From Alistipes sp. (GTDB lineage Bacteria; Bacteroidota; Bacteroidia; Bacteroidales; Rikenellaceae), in assembly GCA_045645705.1 (NCBI GenBank), contig JAZRJJ010000058.1:33746-97745 (forward strand): a stretch of 64,000 nt of DNA, given 5' to 3'. The first letter of the stretch is position 1, and every line of letters begins with the position of its first letter. Made by a program: the position numbers and the translations under genes. The notes under the pieces are model-generated. The model was not told where the DNA came from. It did no database searches and saw only the letters and a list, made by a program, of their open reading frames with translations. Below are positions 1-9,664 of this stretch, one piece after another.

Positions 1-4
1 CGAG

Positions 5-1132
5 ATGGATACACTCTCTTATGCTGCGGGTATGAACGTGGGTCTTGTAATCTCGCTCCAGAATGCCGACTTCGATATCGACACCGAGAGCGTCATCAAG
101 CAGTTGGACAAGGAGCTCAAGGTGCTTGTTTCCAACCAGGATGAGCTCGACGAGTTGAACGAGTACTTGTCAAAGTTCTCTGCCGAGCGTGTTCGCCCCT
201 TCATGATGGCAAAGCATGCCAATGCGCGTGTCGTTACCGACCGCCCCGATACATTGTCGTTGCCCGACTTGTATGACGAGACATACACACGCGAGGCATT
301 CACCGAGGCTCTCGTTACGGTCTTTGCTGACGGCATGCGTAAGCAGCGCCTCCCTGTTAACCTCCACTGGGTGTATAAGGCAATGCGTGATGCTACGGGC
401 GTAGAGGCCAAGACTGACATCGATTCAGTTATGGCGTTGCCCGAGAGAACATTCATGGATGTTATGAGCAGATACGTACAGATTGAGTTGCCCGCCCACA
501 ATTTGCAGCTTACGGAGCAGTGGTTCGAGCGCGTGGCAGCACAGCAGGATGTCGTTCCTATGACCAACGCCGAGGGTGAGCCTACAGGTGTCTACTACCG
601 CATCAACAAGGCAGGTGGCGAGGTTAAGCCCTTCAACGACACCGACTCTATCGCTGTCAAGTACGAGGTCTACTCACGCACTGGTAAGCTCCTCGAGTCT
701 AACGCTACATTCATCAAGGGCCTCAAGAAGCAGCGCGAGCAGATTGCTAACAATAAGATGTTGCCCGACTCTATGCGTCAGGTATACCTCGACCAGATTG
801 ATGCCGAGATTAAGGAGAGCGCTTTGCGTCGTCTCCCTCTCAACCGCTTCATGACAAAGGATGTGCAGAACGCCCTCAAGCTTGTTGGCGATGGTGGCAA
901 TATCACCGTGTGGTTGGATGCGAATAAGGCCTTCGGCATGCGTGCAGCCCGCATCTTGCCCGTCAACGATGCTGCTGTGGTGAATGTTGAGTTGGTTGAG
1001 GTTAAGACAATTAAGCCCACTCCCCGCCCCGTCACAAACATGATTGTCCCCGATAAGGGCGGCCTCAAGGAGAAGGGTGGCAAACTTCCACAGAAGGTTT
1101 CAAAGCCCAACATCGTTCCCGTGCAGAAGTAG
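5..1132 (+). CDS. FKBP-type peptidyl-prolyl isomerase-like protein (divergent; frame open at the window edge, 5' end probably outside)
   Basis: N-terminal DTLSYAAGMNVG resembles the FKBP_N 'SYAxG' motif; C-terminal ITVWLDANKAFG...ILPVNDAAVVNVELVEV resembles the end of an FKBP domain. Confidence 0.55.
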   Translation: MDTLSYAAGMNVGLVISLQNADFDIDTESVIKQLDKELKVLVSNQDELDELNEYLSKFSAERVRPFMMAKHANARVVTDRPDTLSLPDLYDETYTREAFTEALVTVFADGMRKQRLPVNLHWVYKAMRDATGVEAKTDIDSVMALPERTFMDVMSRYVQIELPAHNLQLTEQWFERVAAQQDVVPMTNAEGEPTGVYYRINKAGGEVKPFNDTDSIAVKYEVYSRTGKLLESNATFIKGLKKQREQIANNKMLPDSMRQVYLDQIDAEIKESALRRLPLNRFMTKDVQNALKLVGDGGNITVWLDANKAFGMRAARILPVNDAAVVNVELVEVKTIKPTPRPVTNMIVPDKGGLKEKGGKLPQKVSKPNIVPVQK

Positions 1133-1158
1133 GGAATGGGGTAGCATAAGATTAATGG

Positions 1159-1190
1159 GACCTTGCGCCGTTGCGCAGGGTCTTTTTTTT
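1159..1190 (+). terminator. Intrinsic terminator
   Basis: GACCTTGCGC-CGTT-GCGCAGGGTC hairpin followed by a T run, just after the stop at 1132. Confidence 0.8.
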
Positions 1191-1272
1191 ATGTCCTTTT
1201 GTGCGATGCCATGTCCGCAGGTTAGGGGTGTGCTTGGGCGGATATTTCATTTAGCAAAAAAATACTCTTGAG

Positions 1273-2916
1273 CTACTTGCCCAAGAGTATCTTTGCTTGT
1301 TTGAGTGCAGCATCCGTAATCTCGCTGCCCGAGAGCATCTTCGCAATCTCGCCCACGCGCTCCGTCTTCGTGAGGCGGCGGATGTTGGTGCGGCCCTCCT
1401 CCTTATACACCACAAAGTGCGCTCCGCTCTTGGAAGCCACCTGTGGCAGGTGTGTGATGTCGACAATCTGCATCGACTCGGCAAGGCGCGCGATGATGTC
1501 GCCCATGGCGTCGGCAATGCGACCCGAAACACCCGTGTCAATCTCATCGAAAATCACCGTGGGCAGCATGCGCTTCTCGGCGATAAGTGCCTTGAGTGCC
1601 AGCATTATACGCGAGAGCTCACCACCCGATGCTATGCGCTCCACAGCACCAGGCTTCGTAGTGCGGTTCGCCGTAAATAGGTAGGCAACGCTATCCATGC
1701 CGAGTGGGGTATATGCCTCGGTCTCGGTGACCTCCACAACGAATTGCGCATCCTCCATGCCGAGCATGCGGAGGGTCTCTACCACGCTTGTCTCGAGGTG
1801 TTTAGCCACCTCCACGCGTGCCTCATGTAGTCTATGTGCTGCGGCGCGGCACTCCTTGTCTGCCTCGGCGATGCGTGCCTCGAGCTCACGAAGTTCGGTG
1901 TCGCTATTATCTATCGTCGCAAGGCGCGCCTCGAAAGCTGCGGCCTTCGCCAAGAGGTCGTCGTACGACTCCGCGCGGTGCTTCATCTCGAGCGAGTAGA
2001 TGGTGTTGAGCCTGTCGCTCAACTTCTGCAACTTCTCGGGGTCGGCATCTATGCGCTCCGCCTCGTCTGCCGCTGTGGTGCTCAAGTCCTTAAGCTCTGC
2101 GACCACCGACTTCAGGCGCTCCGCAATCGCAGCGCCCTCGGCATATCGGTCACCCAAAGCCTCCAACTCGCGCTGTGAGCGTGTGAGCGCCACCACGGCA
2201 CCCAACTCCTCATCGTCCAGCGCATTACGCAGCGTCGTAAGTGCCTCGCCAATGCGGTCAGCACTCTCCAGCGTAGCCAATGTCTGCTCGGTCTCCGCCT
2301 GCTCGCCCTCCTTGAGTTTCGCGGCGCGGAACTCCTCCACCGTATAGCGCAACCACTCCTCATCCTTGCGTGCCGACTCCATCTCTGCCGACATCGCACG
2401 GTGCTCACTGCGTAGCGCATTCAGCGCAGCAAGCTTCGCGGTGTACGCCTCCATAAGTGGCTGATTTCCAGCCAGTGTATCAAGCGTTGTGGTGCGGAAC
2501 TCCTCCGACGCAAGGATTAGGTTCTGGTGCTGCGAGTGTATATCCACGAGGTGCGCACCGAGCTCCTTGAGCGTAGCCAGTTGCACGGGCATATCGCCCA
2601 CAAAGGCGCGACTCTTGCCCGCAGGGGTGATGACGCGACGAATGGTAACCTCTGCCTCATAGTCGAGGTCGAGGCTCTCGAAGAGCTGCTTAAGGTCGAG
2701 CCTTGCGATGTCGAACGAGGCCTCCACCACACAGTTGCGCTCGAGGTCCTTGGTTGCCTGACCCTCGTTCTTGGCGCCAAGCAACAGACCCAACGCACCG
2801 AGGAGAATAGACTTACCAGCACCCGTCTCACCAGTGATGATGTTGAGGTGCTCGTCCCACTCAACATGGAGCGAGTCGATAAGGGCATAATTCTCTATCG
2901 TTAAGCTCTTAAGCAT
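1273..2916 (-). CDS. recN: DNA repair protein RecN
   Basis: Walker A ITGETGAGKS, signature ASGGELSR, Walker B IFDEIDTG, ITHLPQVA, long coiled coil. Confidence 0.97.
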   Translation of the reverse strand: MLKSLTIENYALIDSLHVEWDEHLNIITGETGAGKSILLGALGLLLGAKNEGQATKDLERNCVVEASFDIARLDLKQLFESLDLDYEAEVTIRRVITPAGKSRAFVGDMPVQLATLKELGAHLVDIHSQHQNLILASEEFRTTTLDTLAGNQPLMEAYTAKLAALNALRSEHRAMSAEMESARKDEEWLRYTVEEFRAAKLKEGEQAETEQTLATLESADRIGEALTTLRNALDDEELGAVVALTRSQRELEALGDRYAEGAAIAERLKSVVAELKDLSTTAADEAERIDADPEKLQKLSDRLNTIYSLEMKHRAESYDDLLAKAAAFEARLATIDNSDTELRELEARIAEADKECRAAAHRLHEARVEVAKHLETSVVETLRMLGMEDAQFVVEVTETEAYTPLGMDSVAYLFTANRTTKPGAVERIASGGELSRIMLALKALIAEKRMLPTVIFDEIDTGVSGRIADAMGDIIARLAESMQIVDITHLPQVASKSGAHFVVYKEEGRTNIRRLTKTERVGEIAKMLSGSEITDAALKQAKILLGK

Positions 2917-2923
2917 CTATATA

Positions 2924-4123
2924 TTACTTGTTTAGTCTTTCAATCTTGTCCACGATGACTGCAGCCACCTCGCGCTTTGACATAAGTGGATGCTCCTCGT
3001 GGCCATTGCGGTCGATGAGTGTCACCTTGTTGGTGTCGCCACCAAAGCCTGCACCCTTATCGCGCAACGAGTTAAGCACCACGAAGTCGAAGTTCTTGCG
3101 CTCGAGCTTACCCTCGGCATTAGCCTCCTCGTTGTCAGTCTCAAGGGCGAAGCCCACAAGTGTGCGTCCCTCCTTCGTCTTACCCAACTCCGCAGCGATA
3201 TCCTTGGTGCGTACAAGCTCTATGCGGAGGTCATCATCCGACTTCTTGAGCTTCTTGTCTGCCACAACGGCGGGTGTGTAGTCTGCAACTGCAGCGCACA
3301 TAACAGCGCCATCTGCCTCGCGCCATGCCTCCACCGCAGCGTTGTACATATCTGCTGCCGAGAGCACATCCACGCGCTCCACACCTCGGGGTGTGGGTAG
3401 GGTAGTGCGGCCACTGATGAGCTTAACCTCGGCACCGCGCTTCGCCAACTCCTCGGCGATGGCATAGCCCATCTTGCCTGTAGAGTGGTTTGTGATGTAG
3501 CGCACGGGGTCGATAGCCTCAATCGTAGCGCCCGCAGTAACGAAGTAGTGCTTACCCTCAAGGCTTCTGTTCTCACCCTTAGCAAGGATAGCCTTAACCT
3601 GCTCCACAATCTCCTCGGGCTCAGCCATGCGGCCCTTACCCACCAAGCCACTTGCCAACTCACCCGCCTCGGGCTCGATGATGGCAACGCCACGCTCCGC
3701 AAGGGTGCGCAAGTTCTGCTGTGTGGTGATGTGGGCATACATGTCGAGGTCCATAGCGGGAGCTACGGCAACGACCGAGCGCGCCGAGAGGTAGGTCGTA
3801 AGCAAGAGGTTGTCCGCGATACCCGTAGTCATCTTTGCCAGCGTATTTGCTGTTGCGGGTGCTATGAGCAGCATATCTGCCCACTCGCCGAGCGATACGT
3901 GAGAGTTCCACTCGCCATTCTCGGGGTTGAAGAACTCCACGAGGATGGGGTGCTTCGAGAGTGTAGCCATCGTGAGTGGCGTGATGAACTGCTTTGCAAG
4001 GGGTGTCATGATGACACGCACCTCGGCACCCTCCTTCACTAAAAGACGGCACAGCATAGCTGCCTTGTAAGCTGCTATGCTGCCTGTGATGCCGAGTATG
4101 ATATGCTTGCCTTTGAGCTGCAT
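2924..4123 (-). CDS. coaBC: Phosphopantothenoylcysteine decarboxylase/ligase CoaBC
   Basis: GITGSIAAYK, APATAN, PAM, TAGATIEAIDPVRYITNHSTGKMG, AAVADY, VGFALET. Confidence 0.97.
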   Translation of the reverse strand: MQLKGKHIILGITGSIAAYKAAMLCRLLVKEGAEVRVIMTPLAKQFITPLTMATLSKHPILVEFFNPENGEWNSHVSLGEWADMLLIAPATANTLAKMTTGIADNLLLTTYLSARSVVAVAPAMDLDMYAHITTQQNLRTLAERGVAIIEPEAGELASGLVGKGRMAEPEEIVEQVKAILAKGENRSLEGKHYFVTAGATIEAIDPVRYITNHSTGKMGYAIAEELAKRGAEVKLISGRTTLPTPRGVERVDVLSAADMYNAAVEAWREADGAVMCAAVADYTPAVVADKKLKKSDDDLRIELVRTKDIAAELGKTKEGRTLVGFALETDNEEANAEGKLERKNFDFVVLNSLRDKGAGFGGDTNKVTLIDRNGHEEHPLMSKREVAAVIVDKIERLNK

Positions 4124-4157
4124 AATCCTATCTCTTTATGTTCTACGGTTGACCCTA

Positions 4158-4475
4158 CTACTTGTCGCCGTGGCGGAAGTAAACCTCGCCATCGAGGAAC
4201 TCCTCTGTAGCGATGATTGCGGGCTTTGGAAGACGCTCGTAGTAGCGTGAGATCTCAATCTGCTCGCGGTTCTCGAAAGTCTCCTCTACTGCGTTGTCGG
4301 TGGGAGCAGAGAAGTCTGCAAGCTTGCGGTTGAGCTCTGTCTTGAGCTCTGTAGCAATCTGGTTTGCGCGACGAGCGATGATGTTGATGCTCTCGTAGAT
4401 GTTGCCTGTGGGCGAATCGAGGTCTACCAACTTGCGGGTAATGGTGTTGTTTGGAACGTTCTTCTTAATCTCCAT
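4158..4475 (-). CDS. rpoZ: RNA polymerase omega subunit (Bacteroidetes type)
   Basis: TGNIYESINIIARRANQI...FENREQIEISRYYERLPKP; conserved bamD-rpoZ-coaBC order. Confidence 0.9.
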   Translation of the reverse strand: MEIKKNVPNNTITRKLVDLDSPTGNIYESINIIARRANQIATELKTELNRKLADFSAPTDNAVEETFENREQIEISRYYERLPKPAIIATEEFLDGEVYFRHGDK

Positions 4476-4519
4476 AGTCCTATATGTTTTTGTCTTAATT
4501 ATCGTTGTGTTACTAAAGC

Positions 4520-5332
4520 TTATTGCTCGGTGTTCTGGTGTTTGTCGAGGAAGTTGCGCGCATCCTTCGACATTCGAGTGAGCTCCTTTATGTGCTTCGA
4601 CTCGGGGTACTCGGCAATGAATGTGTAGTAGTTGTCGAGCATTGCAAGGTAGCGGTCCTCCTGTTTCGACTCCACCGAGTTCTCCGCAAGGCGATATGCC
4701 GACACTGTCTGGTAGTACATCATCTCCTCGGTGTATGGCGACTCGGGATATCGCTTCATAGCGTTCTTGAATGCTACGATTGCCGCCTTGTAGCGTCCCA
4801 CCTTGTAGTAGGTGTAGGCATTGAGGTAGCTCTTCTTCATCAGGCGGTCGGAGAGCTCTGTGAGCATGTCGTTGAACTCCTTGTTGTGCTCCGACTCGGG
4901 GTAGCGCGACATGAACTCCGTGATTGCGATGATTGCCTGCGTGGTCATTGCCTGGTCATACTCTGGTGGTGGCGACATGTAGTAGTGACATAGCGCATAC
5001 ATACCCTCTGCCTCCTCGATGAATGGGCTGCGGCTGAACTTGCGGCGGTATGTGTCGAGTTGTGATGCCGACTCCTCCCAGTCGTGGCGCTTGAACTTGC
5101 ATCGCGCATTGTAGAACGTAAGCGAGTCTTCGCGAGGTGTACCCATGTAGATGTGGCGGCAAGCCTCGAAAAGGGTAGATGCCTGGTCCCACTTCTCATC
5201 CTCGTAGAGCATTAGTGCCTGCTCGTATGCATACTGTGGGTCACCCGACTTGATGGCGTTGTTCACCACGCTGCATGCGACACTGCCTACCAAGAGCAAT
5301 GCGGCGAGTATGTAACAAAAAATAGACTTCAT
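4520..5332 (-). CDS. bamD: Outer membrane protein assembly lipoprotein BamD
   Basis: Lipobox VAC, TPR-like repeats, SPPPEYDQAMT, YYKVGRYKAA; synteny with rpoZ. Confidence 0.9.
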   Translation of the reverse strand: MKSIFCYILAALLLVGSVACSVVNNAIKSGDPQYAYEQALMLYEDEKWDQASTLFEACRHIYMGTPREDSLTFYNARCKFKRHDWEESASQLDTYRRKFSRSPFIEEAEGMYALCHYYMSPPPEYDQAMTTQAIIAITEFMSRYPESEHNKEFNDMLTELSDRLMKKSYLNAYTYYKVGRYKAAIVAFKNAMKRYPESPYTEEMMYYQTVSAYRLAENSVESKQEDRYLAMLDNYYTFIAEYPESKHIKELTRMSKDARNFLDKHQNTEQ

Positions 5333-5369
5333 TGTTCTGATGTTTCCTGCGCTTATGCGTATAAGCGCA

Positions 5370-5377
5370 CAAAGTTA
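5370..5377 (-). promoter_or_regulatory. Bacteroidetes -7 promoter element for bamD-rpoZ-coaBC-recN
   Basis: TAACTTTG on the minus strand matches TAnnTTTG, upstream of the bamD start. Confidence 0.6.
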
Positions 5378-5558
5378 CACAATATTTTTGAATAAACGAC
5401 TATCCTCGCGAAATTATTATTTGAATTATTGATGAAATTTTCCACTCTTTCTCCTTTGTTAAGGCTGTCATCCAGAGCCCAGCGCAGTCGAAGTAACTTC
5501 TCAAGGTCGATTGAGTACTATGTCCTAAGCAATGTTGTGGTGAAATAGTGGGGTAGAC

Positions 5559-5592
5559 AAAAAAAACTCCCCGGATGTTTCCATCCAGGGAG
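5559..5592 (-). terminator. Intrinsic terminator of rpsF-rpsR-rplI
   Basis: CTCCC-CGGATG...CATCC-AGGGAG hairpin with A run on the + strand (U run on the transcript). Confidence 0.7.
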
Positions 5593-5628
5593 CATATAGA
5601 TTCCGCGCAAGGCGGGACTCTACAAAAA

Positions 5629-6066
5629 TTACTCAGCTACAACAGCGAACTTGATAGTAGCCTTAACCTCGCGGTGAAGCTTTGCAACAGCCTCGAACTC
5701 ACCAAGTGTCTTAACAGAGTCTACAGTGATGTTCTTGCGGTCTACCTCGATGCCCTTCTCCTGAAGCGCAGCAGCAAGGTCAGCAGCTGTTACAGCACCG
5801 AAGATCTTCTCCTCCTCTGCCTTAGCAGTGATAGTGAGGTGAAGGTTGTTGATTGTCTCAGCCAAAGCCTGTGCGTCAGCAAGGATCTTAGCGTCCTTGT
5901 GAGCGCGCTGACGAAGGTTCTCAGCGAGTACCTTCTTTGCAGAAGCAGTAGCAGCCTTAGCGAAGCCCTGAGGAATCAAGTAGTTGTTGGCATAGCCGGG
6001 GCGAACGTTAACGATGTCGTTTGTGTAGCCCAAGTTCTCTACGTCTTTGATAAGAATTACTTCCAT
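5629..6066 (-). CDS. rplI: 50S ribosomal protein L9
   Basis: MEVILIKDVENLG...VRPGYANNYLIPQG, KIFGAVT, KLHREV. Confidence 0.98.
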   Translation of the reverse strand: MEVILIKDVENLGYTNDIVNVRPGYANNYLIPQGFAKAATASAKKVLAENLRQRAHKDAKILADAQALAETINNLHLTITAKAEEEKIFGAVTAADLAAALQEKGIEVDRKNITVDSVKTLGEFEAVAKLHREVKATIKFAVVAE

Positions 6067-6084
6067 GGTCTATCCTCCTCTTTA

Positions 6085-6366
6085 TTATTTCATACAATCG
6101 GTTACGAATGGAAGGATTGCGAGGTGGCGAGCACGCTTAACTGCCTGAGCAACCTTCTTCTGATACTTCTGAGAAGTACCTGTGAGACGACGGGGCAAAA
6201 TCTTACCCTGCTCGTTGAGGAACTTCTTCAAGAACTCACCGTCCTTATAGTCTACATACTTGATGCCGAGCTTCTTGAAACGGCAGTACTTCTTCTTCTT
6301 AACGTCTACTGATACGGGGTTGAGATAGCGGATCTCAGATGCACCCTGCTGTGTGTTCTCTGCCAT
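6085..6366 (-). CDS. rpsR: 30S ribosomal protein S18
   Basis: VDYKD...[16 protein letters not shown]...[13 protein letters not shown]. Confidence 0.98.
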   Translation of the reverse strand: MAENTQQGASEIRYLNPVSVDVKKKKYCRFKKLGIKYVDYKDGEFLKKFLNEQGKILPRRLTGTSQKYQKKVAQAVKRARHLAILPFVTDCMK

Positions 6367-6368
6367 GA

Positions 6369-6713
6369 TTACTCCTGAGTTTTGTTAGCAAGCTTAGCGC
6401 GACGCTTCTGAGAGTACTCAACAGCGAACTTGTCCTGCTTGAAAGTTAAGAAACGAATGATGCGCTCATCGCGACGGTACTGTGTCTCGAGAGTGTTGAT
6501 GATTGAGCCCTCACCGGTGAACTCTACGAGGAAGTAGAAACCGGTAGTCTTCTTCTGAATAGGATAAGCAAGCTTCTTCAAGCCCCAGTTCTCCACATTC
6601 ACAATCTGACCGCCGTTCTCGGTGATTACGCCCTGGAATTTGTCAGCAACCTCCTGCACCTGAGCCTCAGAGAGGACGGGAGTGACAATGAAAACGGTTT
6701 CGTAATTGTTCAT
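6369..6713 (-). CDS. rpsF: 30S ribosomal protein S6
   Basis: YETVFIVTP...[18 protein letters not shown]. Confidence 0.98.
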   Translation of the reverse strand: MNNYETVFIVTPVLSEAQVQEVADKFQGVITENGGQIVNVENWGLKKLAYPIQKKTTGFYFLVEFTGEGSIINTLETQYRRDERIIRFLTFKQDKFAVEYSQKRRAKLANKTQE

Positions 6714-6754
6714 AACTGTAAATTAAATTATAAGTTTTTAAGCATAAAGCGGTG

Positions 6755-6762
6755 CAAAGGTA
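6755..6762 (-). promoter_or_regulatory. Bacteroidetes -7 promoter element for rpsF
   Basis: TACCTTTG on the minus strand upstream of rpsF. Confidence 0.6.
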
Positions 6763-7016
6763 GTAAAATTTTCCCATTTTGCAACACTTTCCGCCTAATT
6801 TTTTACCATACGCCTATAAATATGATTATATTTTGTTGATAAATTGGATGCGAGGGTTTGTATTTAAGCGGAAAATAATTTAATTTTGTGTCGCTTTTTT
6901 GCGACCCATATGTTTTGGACTTTTCTTCCATAGCGAATATCGTCGGCGCAAAAGGACTATACCTATATTTATATAGAATAGAGAATTTAATTTTGATAAT
7001 TACAAATAATGCGTGT

Positions 7017-8432
7017 ATGAAAAAATCATTACTCTATCTGGGCGTTATGCTATCGCTCTTGATTTCGGTTGTATCATGCTCGACAAATGAGCCTGTTCAG
7101 GAGTGTCCTCTTGATCATAAACCAACGGAGGTGCCAACGCTCTCTATCGAACTTTTGGAGGTGACTGCAAACAGCGTGCGATTTACTCTTACGCCTGTGG
7201 ATGCAGCATCGGTGCGTTACACCATTTGCGAGAAGTCAAGCATTCCCGCTGCGGAGTCGTTGTTTAACAAGTCTTCGGATTTCTATGGCAAGATTGCCGA
7301 TGCTACTATCACCGAGGAGTACTCGTTCGATGGCCTTGAGATGAACACCGAGTATGTTGTCTATGCGGCGGCGAAGAACGATATTGGCTATTCGGAGATG
7401 GCGTCTGTGGCACTCACTACACTCATCCCCGAGATGTCGTTCAGTGTGGTTGTGACCGAGACAACTCACTCGAGCATGAAGTTCGAGGTCGAGTTGCAGA
7501 ATGTTGGCCAGGCGGCATATATGCTTTGCGAGGCAGGTGCTACGCCCACGGCTGATGAGGTCTTGGCAGATGGCGTGCAGATGACCACCGAGGATGGTAA
7601 GACAGAGTATGTGGTAAACGACCTTGAAGTGACTACAACCTACCAGATTGTTGTAGCGGTGTCGGATCTCACAATGGCCAATAGCCAGGTGCAGAACATA
7701 GAGTTCACAACCCAGAAGCGCCCCGATCCCCGCGTAGGTGATTTTTACTATGCGGATGGCACATGGAGCTCGGAGCTCGACGCGGAGGCAAATCCTATCG
7801 GTGTGGTGTTCCATGTCGGTAAGCACTCAACCGATAGCTCTTCGTACATGATGAAGGATGGCGCGACTGCAATGGGTGAGTTCCATGGCTATGTCGTAGC
7901 GGCATGGGATGCAACATACGATGCAACTAACGGCTCAAACAATGGCGTAGCATGGGGTGTGCAGGGTGTTACCGTAGGCACATCAACATCATTGCAGGAC
8001 TTCATGGGCTACTCTAACTCGATGAAGGTGCTCGCTGCGGCTGATGGCGTTTTGGCAAATAGCTCATCGGATAACTCCCCAGCGTTCTACAACGCTATGG
8101 TCAAGTATGAGGAGTCATATCCCGCTCCAAGCGTGTCATCGGGTTGGTTCGTGCCATCAGCATACCAGTTGCTCTACATCTGGGAGGAGTTCGACCCAAC
8201 CGATACAGAGGAGGCTGTAATCGAGAATCAGCTTGCGCTTTTGGCAGAGAATGGCTTGGGTGCGAAGATGTATGTTCGCGATAGCGAGTACTGGTCATCT
8301 ACCGAGTACAGCAATAGCCCCGATACGAAGGCTAACTATGTGGTATTCGATGAGGCATCGACAACTCCTGGCCGTATCGACAACTGGAACAAGCGCAGTA
8401 ATATGCGTGTGCGCTCCATCTTGGCTTTCTAA
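7017..8432 (+). CDS. Surface lipoprotein: FN3-like beta repeats plus C-terminal DUF1566/Lcl-like (C-type-lectin-fold) domain
   Basis: Start at 7017 gives signal peptide MKKSLLYLG...VSC; GLEMNTEYVVYAAAKN FN3-like motif; GWFVPS...YWSSTEY...VRSILAF C-terminus. Confidence 0.6.
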   Translation: MKKSLLYLGVMLSLLISVVSCSTNEPVQECPLDHKPTEVPTLSIELLEVTANSVRFTLTPVDAASVRYTICEKSSIPAAESLFNKSSDFYGKIADATITEEYSFDGLEMNTEYVVYAAAKNDIGYSEMASVALTTLIPEMSFSVVVTETTHSSMKFEVELQNVGQAAYMLCEAGATPTADEVLADGVQMTTEDGKTEYVVNDLEVTTTYQIVVAVSDLTMANSQVQNIEFTTQKRPDPRVGDFYYADGTWSSELDAEANPIGVVFHVGKHSTDSSSYMMKDGATAMGEFHGYVVAAWDATYDATNGSNNGVAWGVQGVTVGTSTSLQDFMGYSNSMKVLAAADGVLANSSSDNSPAFYNAMVKYEESYPAPSVSSGWFVPSAYQLLYIWEEFDPTDTEEAVIENQLALLAENGLGAKMYVRDSEYWSSTEYSNSPDTKANYVVFDEASTTPGRIDNWNKRSNMRVRSILAF

Positions 8433-8484
8433 TCAAGAAGATAACAAATCAATACTAACACATTAATAAAACATTAAAAACCAA

Positions 8485-9636
8485 ATGAAAACTTTTAGAC
8501 TATTTCAGATGTTCGTAGTCGCTTTGTCGGCTATGGCTTTTGTGGCGTGTGAGGAGCCCGCTCCTGTGACTCCAGATGATGGCGTCGAGCAGCCCACAAT
8601 CCAGATTGCTACTGGCGAGGCTACCGAGAACACCATCAGCTTCGCAATCACTACTACCAACGCAGATCAGGCTGCATGGGTTGTTATCAAGGCTAACGAG
8701 ACTACACCCGCAGCGCTTAGCGTATTGCAGCACGGTACTGCTATCGAGTGCAACGCAAGCGTTGATTGCACTGCAAAGAAGCTCAATGCAGAGACAGAGT
8801 ATAAGATTGTGGTTGCTGTAATGAACAGCAAGTATGTTTCAATGGCGGAGGCTACAATGACAACTCTCGAGTTTGTTGCACCCGACCCCGACGAGGTTGC
8901 AGAGCCCCGCATCGGTGATATCTACTACAGCGATGGTACATGGAGCACAGAGCTCGATGACAACAAGACTCCTATTGGTGTTGTCTTCTGCTTGGGCGCA
9001 GGCAAGAGCGATGCTGCAAGCCTCTACACAACCAAGGGCGGCGAGCAGATGACCGAGATTAAGGGTTATGTTGTGGCTCTTGTTGACGCTACTAAGGGCG
9101 TAAACGATGATGAGGGTGTTGTTTGGAGCTTCTACGATGGCTGGTACAATGGTGCTGGCTGCTCAAGCGAGGTTGACGACTTCCTTGGCTACTCTAACAC
9201 TCAGGCTATCAAGCAGGCTGCTTTGCGTGATGACTGCCCCGCAGGTGAGTTCAACGGCACAGATATGAGCTTCCCCGCAGCATGGTATGCAAGCGATGGC
9301 TTCGAGCTTATGACACCTGCTCCTGACTCATCATCAGGTTGGTACTTGCCCTCAATCTATCAGTTCGACTACCTCTGGAACAAGACATACTTCAACGATG
9401 GTAACATGTTGGCAAGCGTAGAGGATACACTCGTTATGCTTAGCGAGCTCGGCTATGCTGATGAGATGTATGTTGTTGATAGCGAGTACTGGTCATCAAC
9501 CGAGAAGTACGACTCATACGGCGACTCAAGCGTAGCATACTACTTCTGCTTCGATAAGGCTATGTTCCAGCCTGGCTTCGGTACTCACCTCAACAAGTAC
9601 TGGGCTGTGCGTGTTCGCTCAATGTTGACATTCTAA
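8485..9636 (+). CDS. Surface lipoprotein, paralog of 7017-8432
   Basis: Lipobox VAC then EEP; shares PRIGDIYYSDGTWS...PIGVVF, GWYLPS, YWSSTE, VRSMLTF with the upstream gene. Confidence 0.6.
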   Translation: MKTFRLFQMFVVALSAMAFVACEEPAPVTPDDGVEQPTIQIATGEATENTISFAITTTNADQAAWVVIKANETTPAALSVLQHGTAIECNASVDCTAKKLNAETEYKIVVAVMNSKYVSMAEATMTTLEFVAPDPDEVAEPRIGDIYYSDGTWSTELDDNKTPIGVVFCLGAGKSDAASLYTTKGGEQMTEIKGYVVALVDATKGVNDDEGVVWSFYDGWYNGAGCSSEVDDFLGYSNTQAIKQAALRDDCPAGEFNGTDMSFPAAWYASDGFELMTPAPDSSSGWYLPSIYQFDYLWNKTYFNDGNMLASVEDTLVMLSELGYADEMYVVDSEYWSSTEKYDSYGDSSVAYYFCFDKAMFQPGFGTHLNKYWAVRVRSMLTF

Positions 9637-9664
9637 TGAGTAAACAATAAACATTCCCCATATT

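Noticed and set aside
5466-5493. Remnant of a GTCATCC...AGCGCAGTCGAAG REP-like motif
   Set aside because: Single degenerate half with no partner arm; too weak to call.
8280-9636. Active diversity-generating retroelement (VR/TR pair)
   Set aside because: The two 3' ends differ by indels and at non-adenine positions, both are in coding genes, and there is no reverse transcriptase in the window.
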